DNA from: Clostridia bacterium
Lineage (GTDB): Bacteria > Bacillota > Clostridia > Christensenellales > DTU072
Length of the DNA stretch: 64,000 nt
Direction of reading: 5' to 3'
Assembly: GCA_045535785.1 (NCBI GenBank)
Contig: JAZSMH010000031.1
Coordinates: 61,903-125,902, forward strand
Shown: positions 20,880 to 28,881 of the stretch, piece after piece
Numbering within the stretch: position 1 is the stretch's first letter
Layout: each line of letters opens with the position of its first letter
The notes under the pieces: model-generated
What the model was told of the DNA's origin: nothing
Databases searched by the model: none
Seen by the model: only the letters and a program-made list of their open reading frames with translations
Made by a program: the position numbers and the translations under genes

Positions 20880-23800
20880 ATGAAAAAATACACGCAAGAA
20901 AGCAGGTCAATTATGAAAAAAAGTTCTTATATTTTGTTAAGTATAATTCTATTGCTAACGGTAGCATTCTTGTCATTTGCATGTACGCCCGCGACAGATG
21001 AAGATGCTATTGATTATACAATGATAGAATCTATAAAAGTTGACGATAACATAACCTCAAAAAATTTTGAGGGTTTTGCTCTGAGTGATTTTTCTATCGA
21101 AAAAATCACTTTGGTTGTTAAATATAAGACAACCTATGACGAGTATGACAACGAAATACCTGGAGAAATAAAAACCATGCAGGCAACTAACAGCATGGTT
21201 AAAGCAGAAGATAAGATTAAGTTGACCACGGCTGGAACAAAAAATATCACTCTCATTTATGGTAAATTTGAGATTACCTTTAACCTTAAATTGTACGATG
21301 ATTCAATAAAGCAATACAAGGTATATTTTTATGACAAAAATGAAGTACAAATAGGAGACGTTCAATACGTAGTAGAAGGTGGAAGAGCAACCCAACCTGC
21401 AGTGCCTAACGTGTCGGGATATACTTTTGTTGGCTGGATTGATATGGAGACGGGAAGAAATACTACTTTTGACAACGTATCTAAGGACTTGCGTTTGAAG
21501 GCTGAATATATAGCTAACACCTATAAAGTGGAGTATTATTATAAACACAACAAAGTAGAAACCTTGATTGAGGCTAAAAACATAGATAGAACGGAAGATG
21601 GCGCGGATTATTATCCGGAGGTGCCAGAAATCGAAGGGTATACCTTTGCAGAATGGGTAAAGGAAAGTGATTTTAAATACGTTGCTACTTACAAAATACA
21701 AAAGCATCTTGTTAGTTTTGTATATAGAGAATACAAAGATAATAGGTATTCGGATACTTTAAAAACTACGTCTATTAAATATGATGCGGATGTAAAGAAC
21801 GTAACTGAAATAACTGGAGCTAAATGTGAGGGTATAAGCAAAGGTGATGATTATCATTTTGTCGGCTGGTACGTAATAAGAGAAGATGAAAAAGTAAAAA
21901 TAACTTTTCCATATAATTATGACTTTGGCGATATATACGAGATGACGTTCTATGCGGAATATATCGATTTAGACAGAGGTACGGACGGGCTAAAATATAA
22001 AGTCGTTGATGATTATTGCGAAATATCCTCTTATAATGGTTCAAGCAACGTTATCGTTATACCTGAGAATGCAACGATAGATGGGAAGAAAATTCCTATC
22101 AAAAAAATAAGCGAAGGTGCATTTAAGGACGCAGATGTATTAGAATACGTTGTTAGCTCTACTAACCCCAATTTCAGTGTAGATGAGTATGGTACTCTGT
22201 ATAATGACGATTATAGTATTCTTTATGCATATCCTAGAGCTAGTATGGTTAGTTCTTACAAATTAATGGAAGAAACTATAGAGGTTAATCCCTATGCGTT
22301 CTATAAGGCGTACAACTTAACAAACGTAACTCTTAATTACGCGTTAGAGATAATAAGACATCATGCATTTTCCGATTGTATTCAACTCAACAAGATTAAT
22401 ATTTCGTACAGCGTAGTTGAGATCGAAGAAGGCGCATTCAAAATGACGAGTGAGAATCTTCTTAACACGGTTACTTTTGAAGGAACGAAAATAAAAATTT
22501 TTGGCGACGAAGTATTTTATGGCCTAGATAAGCTAGTGTCGATAACATTACCGGCATCGCTATCTAGCATGGGATCTGCTGTTTTTTATGGATGTAAATC
22601 ACTCAACGAAATTAATACCGAATTCAATTCATATTTTGTTGAGCACAATGGTGCGGTTTATGACGTTGACTATAAGACTTTGTACGTATATCCGACAATG
22701 ACTATAGATAACGTTAATCCAGAAATAGAAATCCATGAGGATTGTGAAACTATTTTGAGAGGAGCGTTTTATCATGCAAAAATAGTTTGCATTACACTCA
22801 ATTCAGACGTTGAATTGGAGACGCAATCTATAGTGTGCCCTTCTTTAACATCCGTAAGAATTAACGTAGATAAACTCTCTTTGACGGATGATGAATTTAT
22901 ACAAGCTTTTGGAGAATACATCCCTAATGAGGTGCACGTAAAGGAAAGTAATTCTACGTTCTCATTAGGTGAAGCATACTCTTATATTGATGTAAATAGA
23001 TATGAGGAGTGGAGTGGCTATGAGAACTATTACAATGGATATGCATACGAAGTAAGAGGTAACGAAATAGTTATATTAGGATATAAAGGATATGCATCAG
23101 ATTTGGATATTCCTGAAATGATTAACGGGATGCAGGTTGTAGAAATCGCAGACAATGCATTCAATTCTAATAGATATTTGATAACTGCTGATATTCCTAT
23201 TACTGTACGAAAAATAGGGGCCAGAGCGTTCTATAATTGTGATTCTTTGGTAAAAGTGGTATTTAGTAGCGGAACAGAATACAGTTTGACCGACGTTGGC
23301 GACTATGCGTTCTTTGGTTGCGATGTTTTAAATAATATTGAATATACGGAAGGACACGTATTAAAGAATTTTGGCAAATACGTTTTTGAAGGAACCCCGA
23401 TAATGGAAAGAGATGATGAGTTTATCATTATTTGCGGAGTTTTGTTAAAATATACCCAATTTGCAACGACGGTGGTTATACCTAAAGACGTTGTTTACAT
23501 AGCAACCGACGCGTTTAAGGATATGGGTAACATCGTTTCTATAAGTTTTGAAGATGGTAGTGTAATTGAGACTATAGATAGTTACGCATTCATCAACTGT
23601 AGAGGATTGAGTAGTATGTCCTTACCTATTTCCATAAAAAGGGTGAACGATTATGCTTTTTATGGATGTGGATATCTATATAGCGTGAAGTACGATGCAA
23701 CTAGCACCATGGTAGAAATTGGTAAGGATGCTTATTACCAAGCAGGAACACACTATGAAGGTGTTGTATACGAACAATTCCAAAATTCAACGGTTTATAA

Positions 23801-26800
23801 CCTCAACTATACGACTAATGGTGAGAACTATCCTGAGCAAGGAATAGCGTTCGTTAATATGAGAGAACCAGAGCTTTCTACCGATGAAATGTTCATTGGT
23901 TGGTATTACGAAAAAGAATTTATCAATATGGCAAAATTCCCGATGCACATAACTCAAGATACAACGTTGTATGCAAAAATCGTTTCGTCAGACTATTCTA
24001 GCGAAGATATTGAGTACGAACTTACCGACACGAATGAATATAGGGTGGTAGCATATAAGGGTGACGACAAATTCTTTGTAGTTCCTAGATTGTATAAAGG
24101 CGCAAGCGTAGTAGGTGTAGGTTCAAATTCAATTGTCGGTACCGTTGTATTTATTAGTTTGCCTCATTATACAGATTCTTATGGTGATTATCAATCGTAT
24201 ATCATAGAAGTTGGAATAGATGCGTTTGTAAATACGGAGTGGTACAAAAACACACCAGGCGACTTCGTAATATACGATAATATATTAATTGGATATAAAG
24301 GTGATGCAAAAGTAGTAGTTGTGCCAGATAGGGTTTCTGTTATAGCAGAAGGTGCATTTGCGGATAATCTTGGTATAGAATACGTAAAATTACCCGAAGG
24401 TGTAATACGTGTAACGAAGAATGCATTTAATGGATGTAAAAATTTGAAAGAAATTGTACTTAGCTCCCGTACGGTAGAAATACAAGAAAAGGCATTTTAT
24501 AATTGTACTAGCTTAACTGATATTAATTTCAATGAAACCAAAGCTATATCTTCAATAAGTGTAGACGCGTTAGACAATACGGCATGGTTAAAACAACAAA
24601 CTGGCGACTGCTTGATCATTAATGGCATACTATATAAGTATAGAGGAACGGAGACTACGTTACATATCCCGAAATCAGTAACTTCGATTGCGGAATACGC
24701 TTTTGCTAACAATGCAAAGATAACAACCGTATACTTGCCGTCAACGTTAGAAATGATTAGAAAATATGCATTCAGTAATGCGATATCATTGACGAACGTT
24801 GTTTTATTCAAGGGAGAAAATGCTCTTTCTTACATAATGGAAAACGCATTCGAGAATTGTGTTCAGTTGAAAGAATGTGACCTAAAGTATGCGGCAAACT
24901 TGGCAGAAATTAACGATAGAGCATTTATAAATACAAAATCTTACAAGGATTTGTCTATACCTGCATCGTTAACTGTAATAGGAGAAGAAGCATTTGCTAA
25001 TTCTGGTGTTATGACGGTGACAGTTGCTGATGGCAGTAGATTGCAAAAATTCGGTAACGATTCGTTCAGTAGATGTTCTTCATTATATTCTATTGTATTC
25101 CAAGGCAGTAGCATGCTAGAAGAAGTTGGGGCTTATGCTTTTTATGAATGCGTAAGTTTAGAAAGATTCATTAATCCTAATGCAAACCTAAAAGTTATTA
25201 GCGAATATGGTTTTTATAATTGCAGAAGTCTTAACGATATAAGAATCAAAGAAGCAGCATTGGTTACTATTGGTGAAAAGGCAGTGTACGGTTTAGGCAA
25301 AGTATCTGGCATCAATCAAGATATGATAGTTTTTGGTAACGTTCTCGTATCTTATATGGGAACTGAAAAACACGTTGTTATACCTGCCAATATAACGTTA
25401 ATATACGATAATGCTTTCAGTGGTAATGCTGACTTAAGGAGCGTTTCTTTTGAGACCGATAACGTGTTACAAAGCATTAACGATAGAGCGTTCTATAATT
25501 GTATTAATCTTGCTAATATTACGTTCCCAAGATCGTTATCTAATATAGGATATGAAGTATTCGATGGGACGGCTTGGTATCAACAACAGCTTCTAACTGA
25601 AGATTACGTCATTATTAATACAACGTTGATAAAATACAACGTTTCTACTCCCCAACAAGCGCAAATTCCTGCTGTTGTAACGACTATTAACAAAGGCGCA
25701 TTCGATGGAATGAAAGTATATGACGTTTTGGTAGGTGAGAACGTAACCTTAATAAAGGATGGCGCTTTTGACGGTATTGAGTCTATGACCTGGAAAGAGG
25801 GAGAGGTGGACAAGGATGGTTGGACACTCACAATTAATGCAATAATTCCACCTCAACTAGGGTATGAAAGGAAATTCGACAATTGTTTAGGGATTTATTT
25901 ACTAGATGAAGATACGCTTGCAACGTACAAACTAAATGATAAGTGGTCGATTCAAGACGAAGGCACGGAAATGAAGGTTATCGATAGATATGAAGTAACC
26001 TATTCCATAGTAGACGGTGAAGGTGAAATGATTTTACCTGAAGAAATCCATGCGTTATATAGTGAAAAGCCTGTTGTAGCGGTAGATTCATCAGATAAGA
26101 GGTATGTATTCGTAGGTTGGTTCGAAAGAATGAGTGGTGGTTTATATGATAGTCCGCTAACTTATCCTTATATACTATCAAAAGATACTACTATTTACGC
26201 AAAATGCGTAGACTATGACGAAGGTTCTAACCCCCAAGAGTATACGTTAGAAGCCATCCCTGGTGAAGAAGAATATAGTATTGTCAAATATAATGATTTA
26301 ATAGACAAGAAGGTTGTTATAATTACGCAACAGGCTGACAGAAAAATATATTCTATAACTGGTTATCTAGGATATGTGGAATATTATGGTGAAGAATATG
26401 ATAAATACGTTTATAATGAAACGGAAGGAGTGTTTGAAGAATATACTCCCGGCGAGTATCAAGGGGCTAAAACCTATCGTAAGAATGACGTAATAGAAGA
26501 GATAAGCTTTGCTAATAATTGTACGATAGAAGTACTAGGTGATAATAGTTTTGCCGGTATGAAAAATCTAACGAAGGTGACGCTACCGGCGAGTGTGAAA
26601 TATATATCTGCCAATGCTTTTGCCGATTGTGAAAGCCTAACAGAAATAGTTTTTAGCGACGGTATGAAAGACGTTGAAATTGAAGCAGGCGCCTTTAGGA
26701 ATTGCAAGCAATTGCAAAAGATAACTATTCCTGAATCGATTAAAACTTTAGGAGACGGCGCATTCAACGGATGTACGAATTTAAAAGAAATATATCTCGA

Positions 26801-26957
26801 AGCAACTACGCCTATAGAGTTATACGGAGTACAACCTTTTGAATTTATTCCCGATATGAGAATATACATTCCTGCAAGGACTTATAATAAATACAGTGCA
26901 ACGTGGGAAGCTTATGAAGAATATTTGGTAGAAATTGAAGAAGTAGTTAATGAATAA
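20880..26957 (+). CDS. Giant surface lipoprotein (2025 aa), paralog of the preceding gene (BspA-type LRR plus Flg_new repeats)
   Basis: Signal/lipobox MKKSSYILLSIILLLTVAFLSFAC. The true start may be ATG 20913 (M12) rather than 20880. The N-terminal module aligns with the upstream protein (NSMVKAEDKIKLTTAGTKNITLIYGKFEITFNLKLY versus DSMVKAEDRSKLTAVGEHSITLIYGKYVIPVRLKLY). Flg_new units (GYTFVGWID, YHFVGWYV, MFIGWYYEKEF, YVFVGWFER) and many LRR_5 units are present. Confidence 0.85.
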   Translation: MKKYTQESRSIMKKSSYILLSIILLLTVAFLSFACTPATDEDAIDYTMIESIKVDDNITSKNFEGFALSDFSIEKITLVVKYKTTYDEYDNEIPGEIKTMQATNSMVKAEDKIKLTTAGTKNITLIYGKFEITFNLKLYDDSIKQYKVYFYDKNEVQIGDVQYVVEGGRATQPAVPNVSGYTFVGWIDMETGRNTTFDNVSKDLRLKAEYIANTYKVEYYYKHNKVETLIEAKNIDRTEDGADYYPEVPEIEGYTFAEWVKESDFKYVATYKIQKHLVSFVYREYKDNRYSDTLKTTSIKYDADVKNVTEITGAKCEGISKGDDYHFVGWYVIREDEKVKITFPYNYDFGDIYEMTFYAEYIDLDRGTDGLKYKVVDDYCEISSYNGSSNVIVIPENATIDGKKIPIKKISEGAFKDADVLEYVVSSTNPNFSVDEYGTLYNDDYSILYAYPRASMVSSYKLMEETIEVNPYAFYKAYNLTNVTLNYALEIIRHHAFSDCIQLNKINISYSVVEIEEGAFKMTSENLLNTVTFEGTKIKIFGDEVFYGLDKLVSITLPASLSSMGSAVFYGCKSLNEINTEFNSYFVEHNGAVYDVDYKTLYVYPTMTIDNVNPEIEIHEDCETILRGAFYHAKIVCITLNSDVELETQSIVCPSLTSVRINVDKLSLTDDEFIQAFGEYIPNEVHVKESNSTFSLGEAYSYIDVNRYEEWSGYENYYNGYAYEVRGNEIVILGYKGYASDLDIPEMINGMQVVEIADNAFNSNRYLITADIPITVRKIGARAFYNCDSLVKVVFSSGTEYSLTDVGDYAFFGCDVLNNIEYTEGHVLKNFGKYVFEGTPIMERDDEFIIICGVLLKYTQFATTVVIPKDVVYIATDAFKDMGNIVSISFEDGSVIETIDSYAFINCRGLSSMSLPISIKRVNDYAFYGCGYLYSVKYDATSTMVEIGKDAYYQAGTHYEGVVYEQFQNSTVYNLNYTTNGENYPEQGIAFVNMREPELSTDEMFIGWYYEKEFINMAKFPMHITQDTTLYAKIVSSDYSSEDIEYELTDTNEYRVVAYKGDDKFFVVPRLYKGASVVGVGSNSIVGTVVFISLPHYTDSYGDYQSYIIEVGIDAFVNTEWYKNTPGDFVIYDNILIGYKGDAKVVVVPDRVSVIAEGAFADNLGIEYVKLPEGVIRVTKNAFNGCKNLKEIVLSSRTVEIQEKAFYNCTSLTDINFNETKAISSISVDALDNTAWLKQQTGDCLIINGILYKYRGTETTLHIPKSVTSIAEYAFANNAKITTVYLPSTLEMIRKYAFSNAISLTNVVLFKGENALSYIMENAFENCVQLKECDLKYAANLAEINDRAFINTKSYKDLSIPASLTVIGEEAFANSGVMTVTVADGSRLQKFGNDSFSRCSSLYSIVFQGSSMLEEVGAYAFYECVSLERFINPNANLKVISEYGFYNCRSLNDIRIKEAALVTIGEKAVYGLGKVSGINQDMIVFGNVLVSYMGTEKHVVIPANITLIYDNAFSGNADLRSVSFETDNVLQSINDRAFYNCINLANITFPRSLSNIGYEVFDGTAWYQQQLLTEDYVIINTTLIKYNVSTPQQAQIPAVVTTINKGAFDGMKVYDVLVGENVTLIKDGAFDGIESMTWKEGEVDKDGWTLTINAIIPPQLGYERKFDNCLGIYLLDEDTLATYKLNDKWSIQDEGTEMKVIDRYEVTYSIVDGEGEMILPEEIHALYSEKPVVAVDSSDKRYVFVGWFERMSGGLYDSPLTYPYILSKDTTIYAKCVDYDEGSNPQEYTLEAIPGEEEYSIVKYNDLIDKKVVIITQQADRKIYSITGYLGYVEYYGEEYDKYVYNETEGVFEEYTPGEYQGAKTYRKNDVIEEISFANNCTIEVLGDNSFAGMKNLTKVTLPASVKYISANAFADCESLTEIVFSDGMKDVEIEAGAFRNCKQLQKITIPESIKTLGDGAFNGCTNLKEIYLEATTPIELYGVQPFEFIPDMRIYIPARTYNKYSATWEAYEEYLVEIEEVVNE

Positions 26958-26969
26958 TTGGGTGAAATA

Positions 26970-28118
26970 ATGAATAGTAATAGATGGAACAATACGATAA
27001 CCAAAATCGATGCAGAAACAAATATATTAATAAGCAACGTTGAGTGCGCATTTTTTGATGAACTTAACAAAAGTGGATACCAGCGTGTACATTTACCGAT
27101 ACTTGATTATGCAGAAACTTACGTAATTAATAACGGATATCACGCTATTCAAAATCATTTTAAATCGATATCTACAAATGGGGAAGTTTATTCCTTACCT
27201 AATGATTTGACGGTGGGTTTGAATAGCGTTGCAAACGGGTTTATTGAGAAGAAAGGACGTTTGTGTGGTTCGACTGAGATTTTTAACTTTTTACCAGACG
27301 GTAGCGACTCTTCTAACGCCTACAAAATAGGAGCTATCGCGTATGGTATGAAGGGGGTAGAAATCGAAGCAGAGATGATTGCCCTAGCTTATGATTTTGC
27401 AAAAATTTTAGGTATAGCTAATCCTAAGATTTATTTAAGCGACACTAACATTTTTCATGGAGTATTGAACACAAATGCAGCAAGCAATATAAATAGAAGT
27501 CGCTTAAAAAATATACTAAAAGGAAAAATAGAAAGTGACGCTGATTATAGCACCTATCAAGTGCTTAACGCATTGAAGAACACTGAGGGTAACGTAACGA
27601 TCATTCAAGAGGTTGCCGAAAAAGTCAACAACAAACAAAGTATAGACGGGTTGCTTAATTTATTTGAAATAAGTACTGTTCTAGAGGCATATAATATTAG
27701 TGACAAGGTAGTAATTAAACCAAGTTATTTTGGGGATAATGAATATGACGAAGGTATGGTGTTCTACGTCACTGACGAAAAGGACAGAGTCGCAATAAAT
27801 GGTAGCACCTGTAAATACAAGAAGGGAAAAGAACAAGTTGATTGCGTACAAATGCAACTTAACGTTAAGGACGTTATCGAGATAATCAAGGAGACGAAAG
27901 TTTTTGACGTTGATTCAATAACGGTTCACGTTTGTGTCGCTGCAAGCAGACAAGCATTGTTGTCGGCGTTCGCTATTAAAGAGGAACTAAAGAAAGAGGG
28001 AATGATTACTAAATTCTTATACGACGTAACAGAAAAAGACGTTATGTTAATGATGCAAAAAAATAAGGAAAAAGTTATCATGTATGTCGATGAAGAAGGG
28101 AAAATTATACATAGTTAA
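26970..28118 (+). CDS. HisRS-like paralog (HisZ-like / pseudo-synthetase) with degenerate catalytic motifs
   Basis: By-eye alignment to the class II HisRS/HisZ core. FFDELNKSGYQRVHLPILDY, LPNDLTVGL (versus LRPD.T.P.AR), RLCGSTEIFNF, YKIGAIAYG...EAEMIALAYDFAKILGI. GSTCKY replaces GGRY. The C-terminal alpha/beta domain resembles the anticodon-binding fold. Start is ATG 26970 or TTG 26958, directly after the LRR gene stop. Confidence 0.6.
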   Translation: MNSNRWNNTITKIDAETNILISNVECAFFDELNKSGYQRVHLPILDYAETYVINNGYHAIQNHFKSISTNGEVYSLPNDLTVGLNSVANGFIEKKGRLCGSTEIFNFLPDGSDSSNAYKIGAIAYGMKGVEIEAEMIALAYDFAKILGIANPKIYLSDTNIFHGVLNTNAASNINRSRLKNILKGKIESDADYSTYQVLNALKNTEGNVTIIQEVAEKVNNKQSIDGLLNLFEISTVLEAYNISDKVVIKPSYFGDNEYDEGMVFYVTDEKDRVAINGSTCKYKKGKEQVDCVQMQLNVKDVIEIIKETKVFDVDSITVHVCVAASRQALLSAFAIKEELKKEGMITKFLYDVTEKDVMLMMQKNKEKVIMYVDEEGKIIHS

Positions 28119-28146
28119 AAAAAATAAAAAAAGTTATTAAACACGC

Positions 28147-28175
28147 TTGCAAAATTTTTTAAGATTTGTTATTAT
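28147..28175 (+). promoter_or_regulatory. Candidate extended -10 promoter for the tRNA cluster
   Basis: TTGCAA (28147-28152), 17 nt spacer, TGt-TATTAT (-10 at 28170-28175). Confidence 0.55.
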
Positions 28176-28228
28176 AGATACGCAAACAAGATATGCCTTG
28201 TTGTGGGTATCTTAAGGTAAGAATTTGT

Positions 28229-28303
28229 GCGGGAGTGGCTCAGTGGTAGAGCGTTGCCTTGCCAAGGCAAATGTCGCGGGTCCGAATCCCGTCTCCCGCT
28301 CCA
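28229..28303 (+). tRNA. tRNA-Gly (anticodon GCC), CCA encoded
   Basis: Hand-folded cloverleaf. Acceptor GCGGGAG/CTCCCGC, D arm GCTC/GAGC, anticodon stem TTGCC/GGCAA with loop TTGCCAA, T arm GCGGG/CCCGT, then T-CCA. Confidence 0.95.
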
Positions 28304-28332
28304 CAAATTATCTTATCTCGGCAAAGGAGTAA

Positions 28333-28406
28333 GGCACCATAGCCAAGTGGTAAGGCAGAGGTCTGCAACACCTTCATCTCCAGTCCGAATCTGGATGGTG
28401 CCTCCA
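28333..28406 (+). tRNA. tRNA-Cys (anticodon GCA), CCA encoded
   Basis: Acceptor GGCACCA/TGGTGCC. Anticodon stem GAGGT/ACCTT with loop CTGCAAC. T arm TCCAG/CTGGA with loop TCCGAAT, then T-CCA. Confidence 0.93.
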
Positions 28407-28414
28407 ACAATCTG

Positions 28415-28500
28415 CCGTTGTGGCGGAATAGGCAGACGCAAGGGACTTAAAATCCCTCGATGGCAACATCGTACCGGTTCAAGTCCGGTCAACGGCACCA
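28415..28500 (+). tRNA. tRNA-Leu (anticodon UAA), class II with long variable arm, CCA encoded
   Basis: Acceptor GCCGTTG/CAACGGC. Anticodon stem AGGGA/TCCCT with loop CTTAAAA. Variable arm CGATGGCAACATCGT. T arm ACCGG/CCGGT, then A-CCA. Confidence 0.95.
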
Positions 28501-28513
28501 GATTGAGAAAAAT

Positions 28514-28545
28514 AAGCTTGATACGATTTGTATCAAGCTTTTTTG
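28514..28545 (+). terminator. Intrinsic terminator after the tRNA cluster
   Basis: 11-bp stem AAGCTTGATAC/GTATCAAGCTT with loop GATTT, running into a T-tract (GCTTTTTTG). Confidence 0.8.
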
Positions 28546-28649
28546 TTTATGGCTCTGTCACATCACCTGTTTGATTTTTGACGGAAAACTACTGTGCAAT
28601 ATTGATTGCGTAAAATATGCTAATTTTAGTAGTCACCTAAACGCCCAAC

Positions 28650-28778
28650 GTGCATGCAAGGACACTCCTTGCCGCTCCACGCATAGTGGTGTCACAGTGG
28701 CTCACAACAACTGCGCTCCGGTCGCCACCGGTGCATGCAAGGACACTCCCTGCCGCCCCACGCGTAGTGGCACAGCGG
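28650..28778. repeat. GC-rich imperfect direct repeat (two 40-nt units, period 81 nt) in an intergenic region
   Basis: Unit 1 is 28650-28689, GTGCATGCAAGGACACTCCTTGCCGCTCCACGCATAGTGG. Unit 2 is 28731-28770 with 3 mismatches. Both are followed by CACAG(T/C)GG. Each unit contains hairpins GCAAGGA-CAC-TCCTTGC and CCAC-GCRTA-GTGG. A CCGGT-CGCC-ACCGG hairpin lies between the units. Confidence 0.8.
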
Positions 28779-28881
28779 GTATACTGCCCTTACAAAACAC
28801 TTGTCTTACTTGTATTTTTCTCGTCAATCTAGCAAAAATAATTTTGTTATAAATCAACCATTCTTTGTGACATAGCCTTGT

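Noticed and set aside
14041-20930. Short poly-A tracts at the 5' ends of the giant genes (ATGAAAAAAT..., ATGAAAAAAAG...) as slipped-strand phase-variation switches
   Set aside because: These tracts are only 6-7 nt long and are simply Lys-Lys codons of signal-peptide n-regions in an AT-rich genome. That is below the lengths associated with phase variation.
28700-28735. Possible T-box core (minus strand GGTGGCGACCGG) or a duplicated tRNA-Leu 3' end (TCCGGTC...) marking an integration site
   Set aside because: The T-box match is imperfect, and no minus-strand gene lies downstream for it to regulate. Similarity to the tRNA-Leu 3' end is limited to about 7 nt plus scattered matches. No integrase or island cargo is present.
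28650-28778. CRISPR-like geometry: 40-nt repeats separated by a 41-nt spacer
   Set aside because: There are only two copies, and they differ at 3 positions. No further repeats and no cas genes are in the window. The spacer is as GC-rich as the repeats. This does not qualify as an array.
28227-28852. Track ORFs 28227-28574(+), 28313-28498(-), 28460-28852(+) and 28650-28832(+)
   Set aside because: They overlap three well-folding tRNA genes, a terminator and the GC-rich repeat. Their Arg/Pro/Ala/Gly/Cys-rich translations, without SD sequences, are by-products of local GC richness.
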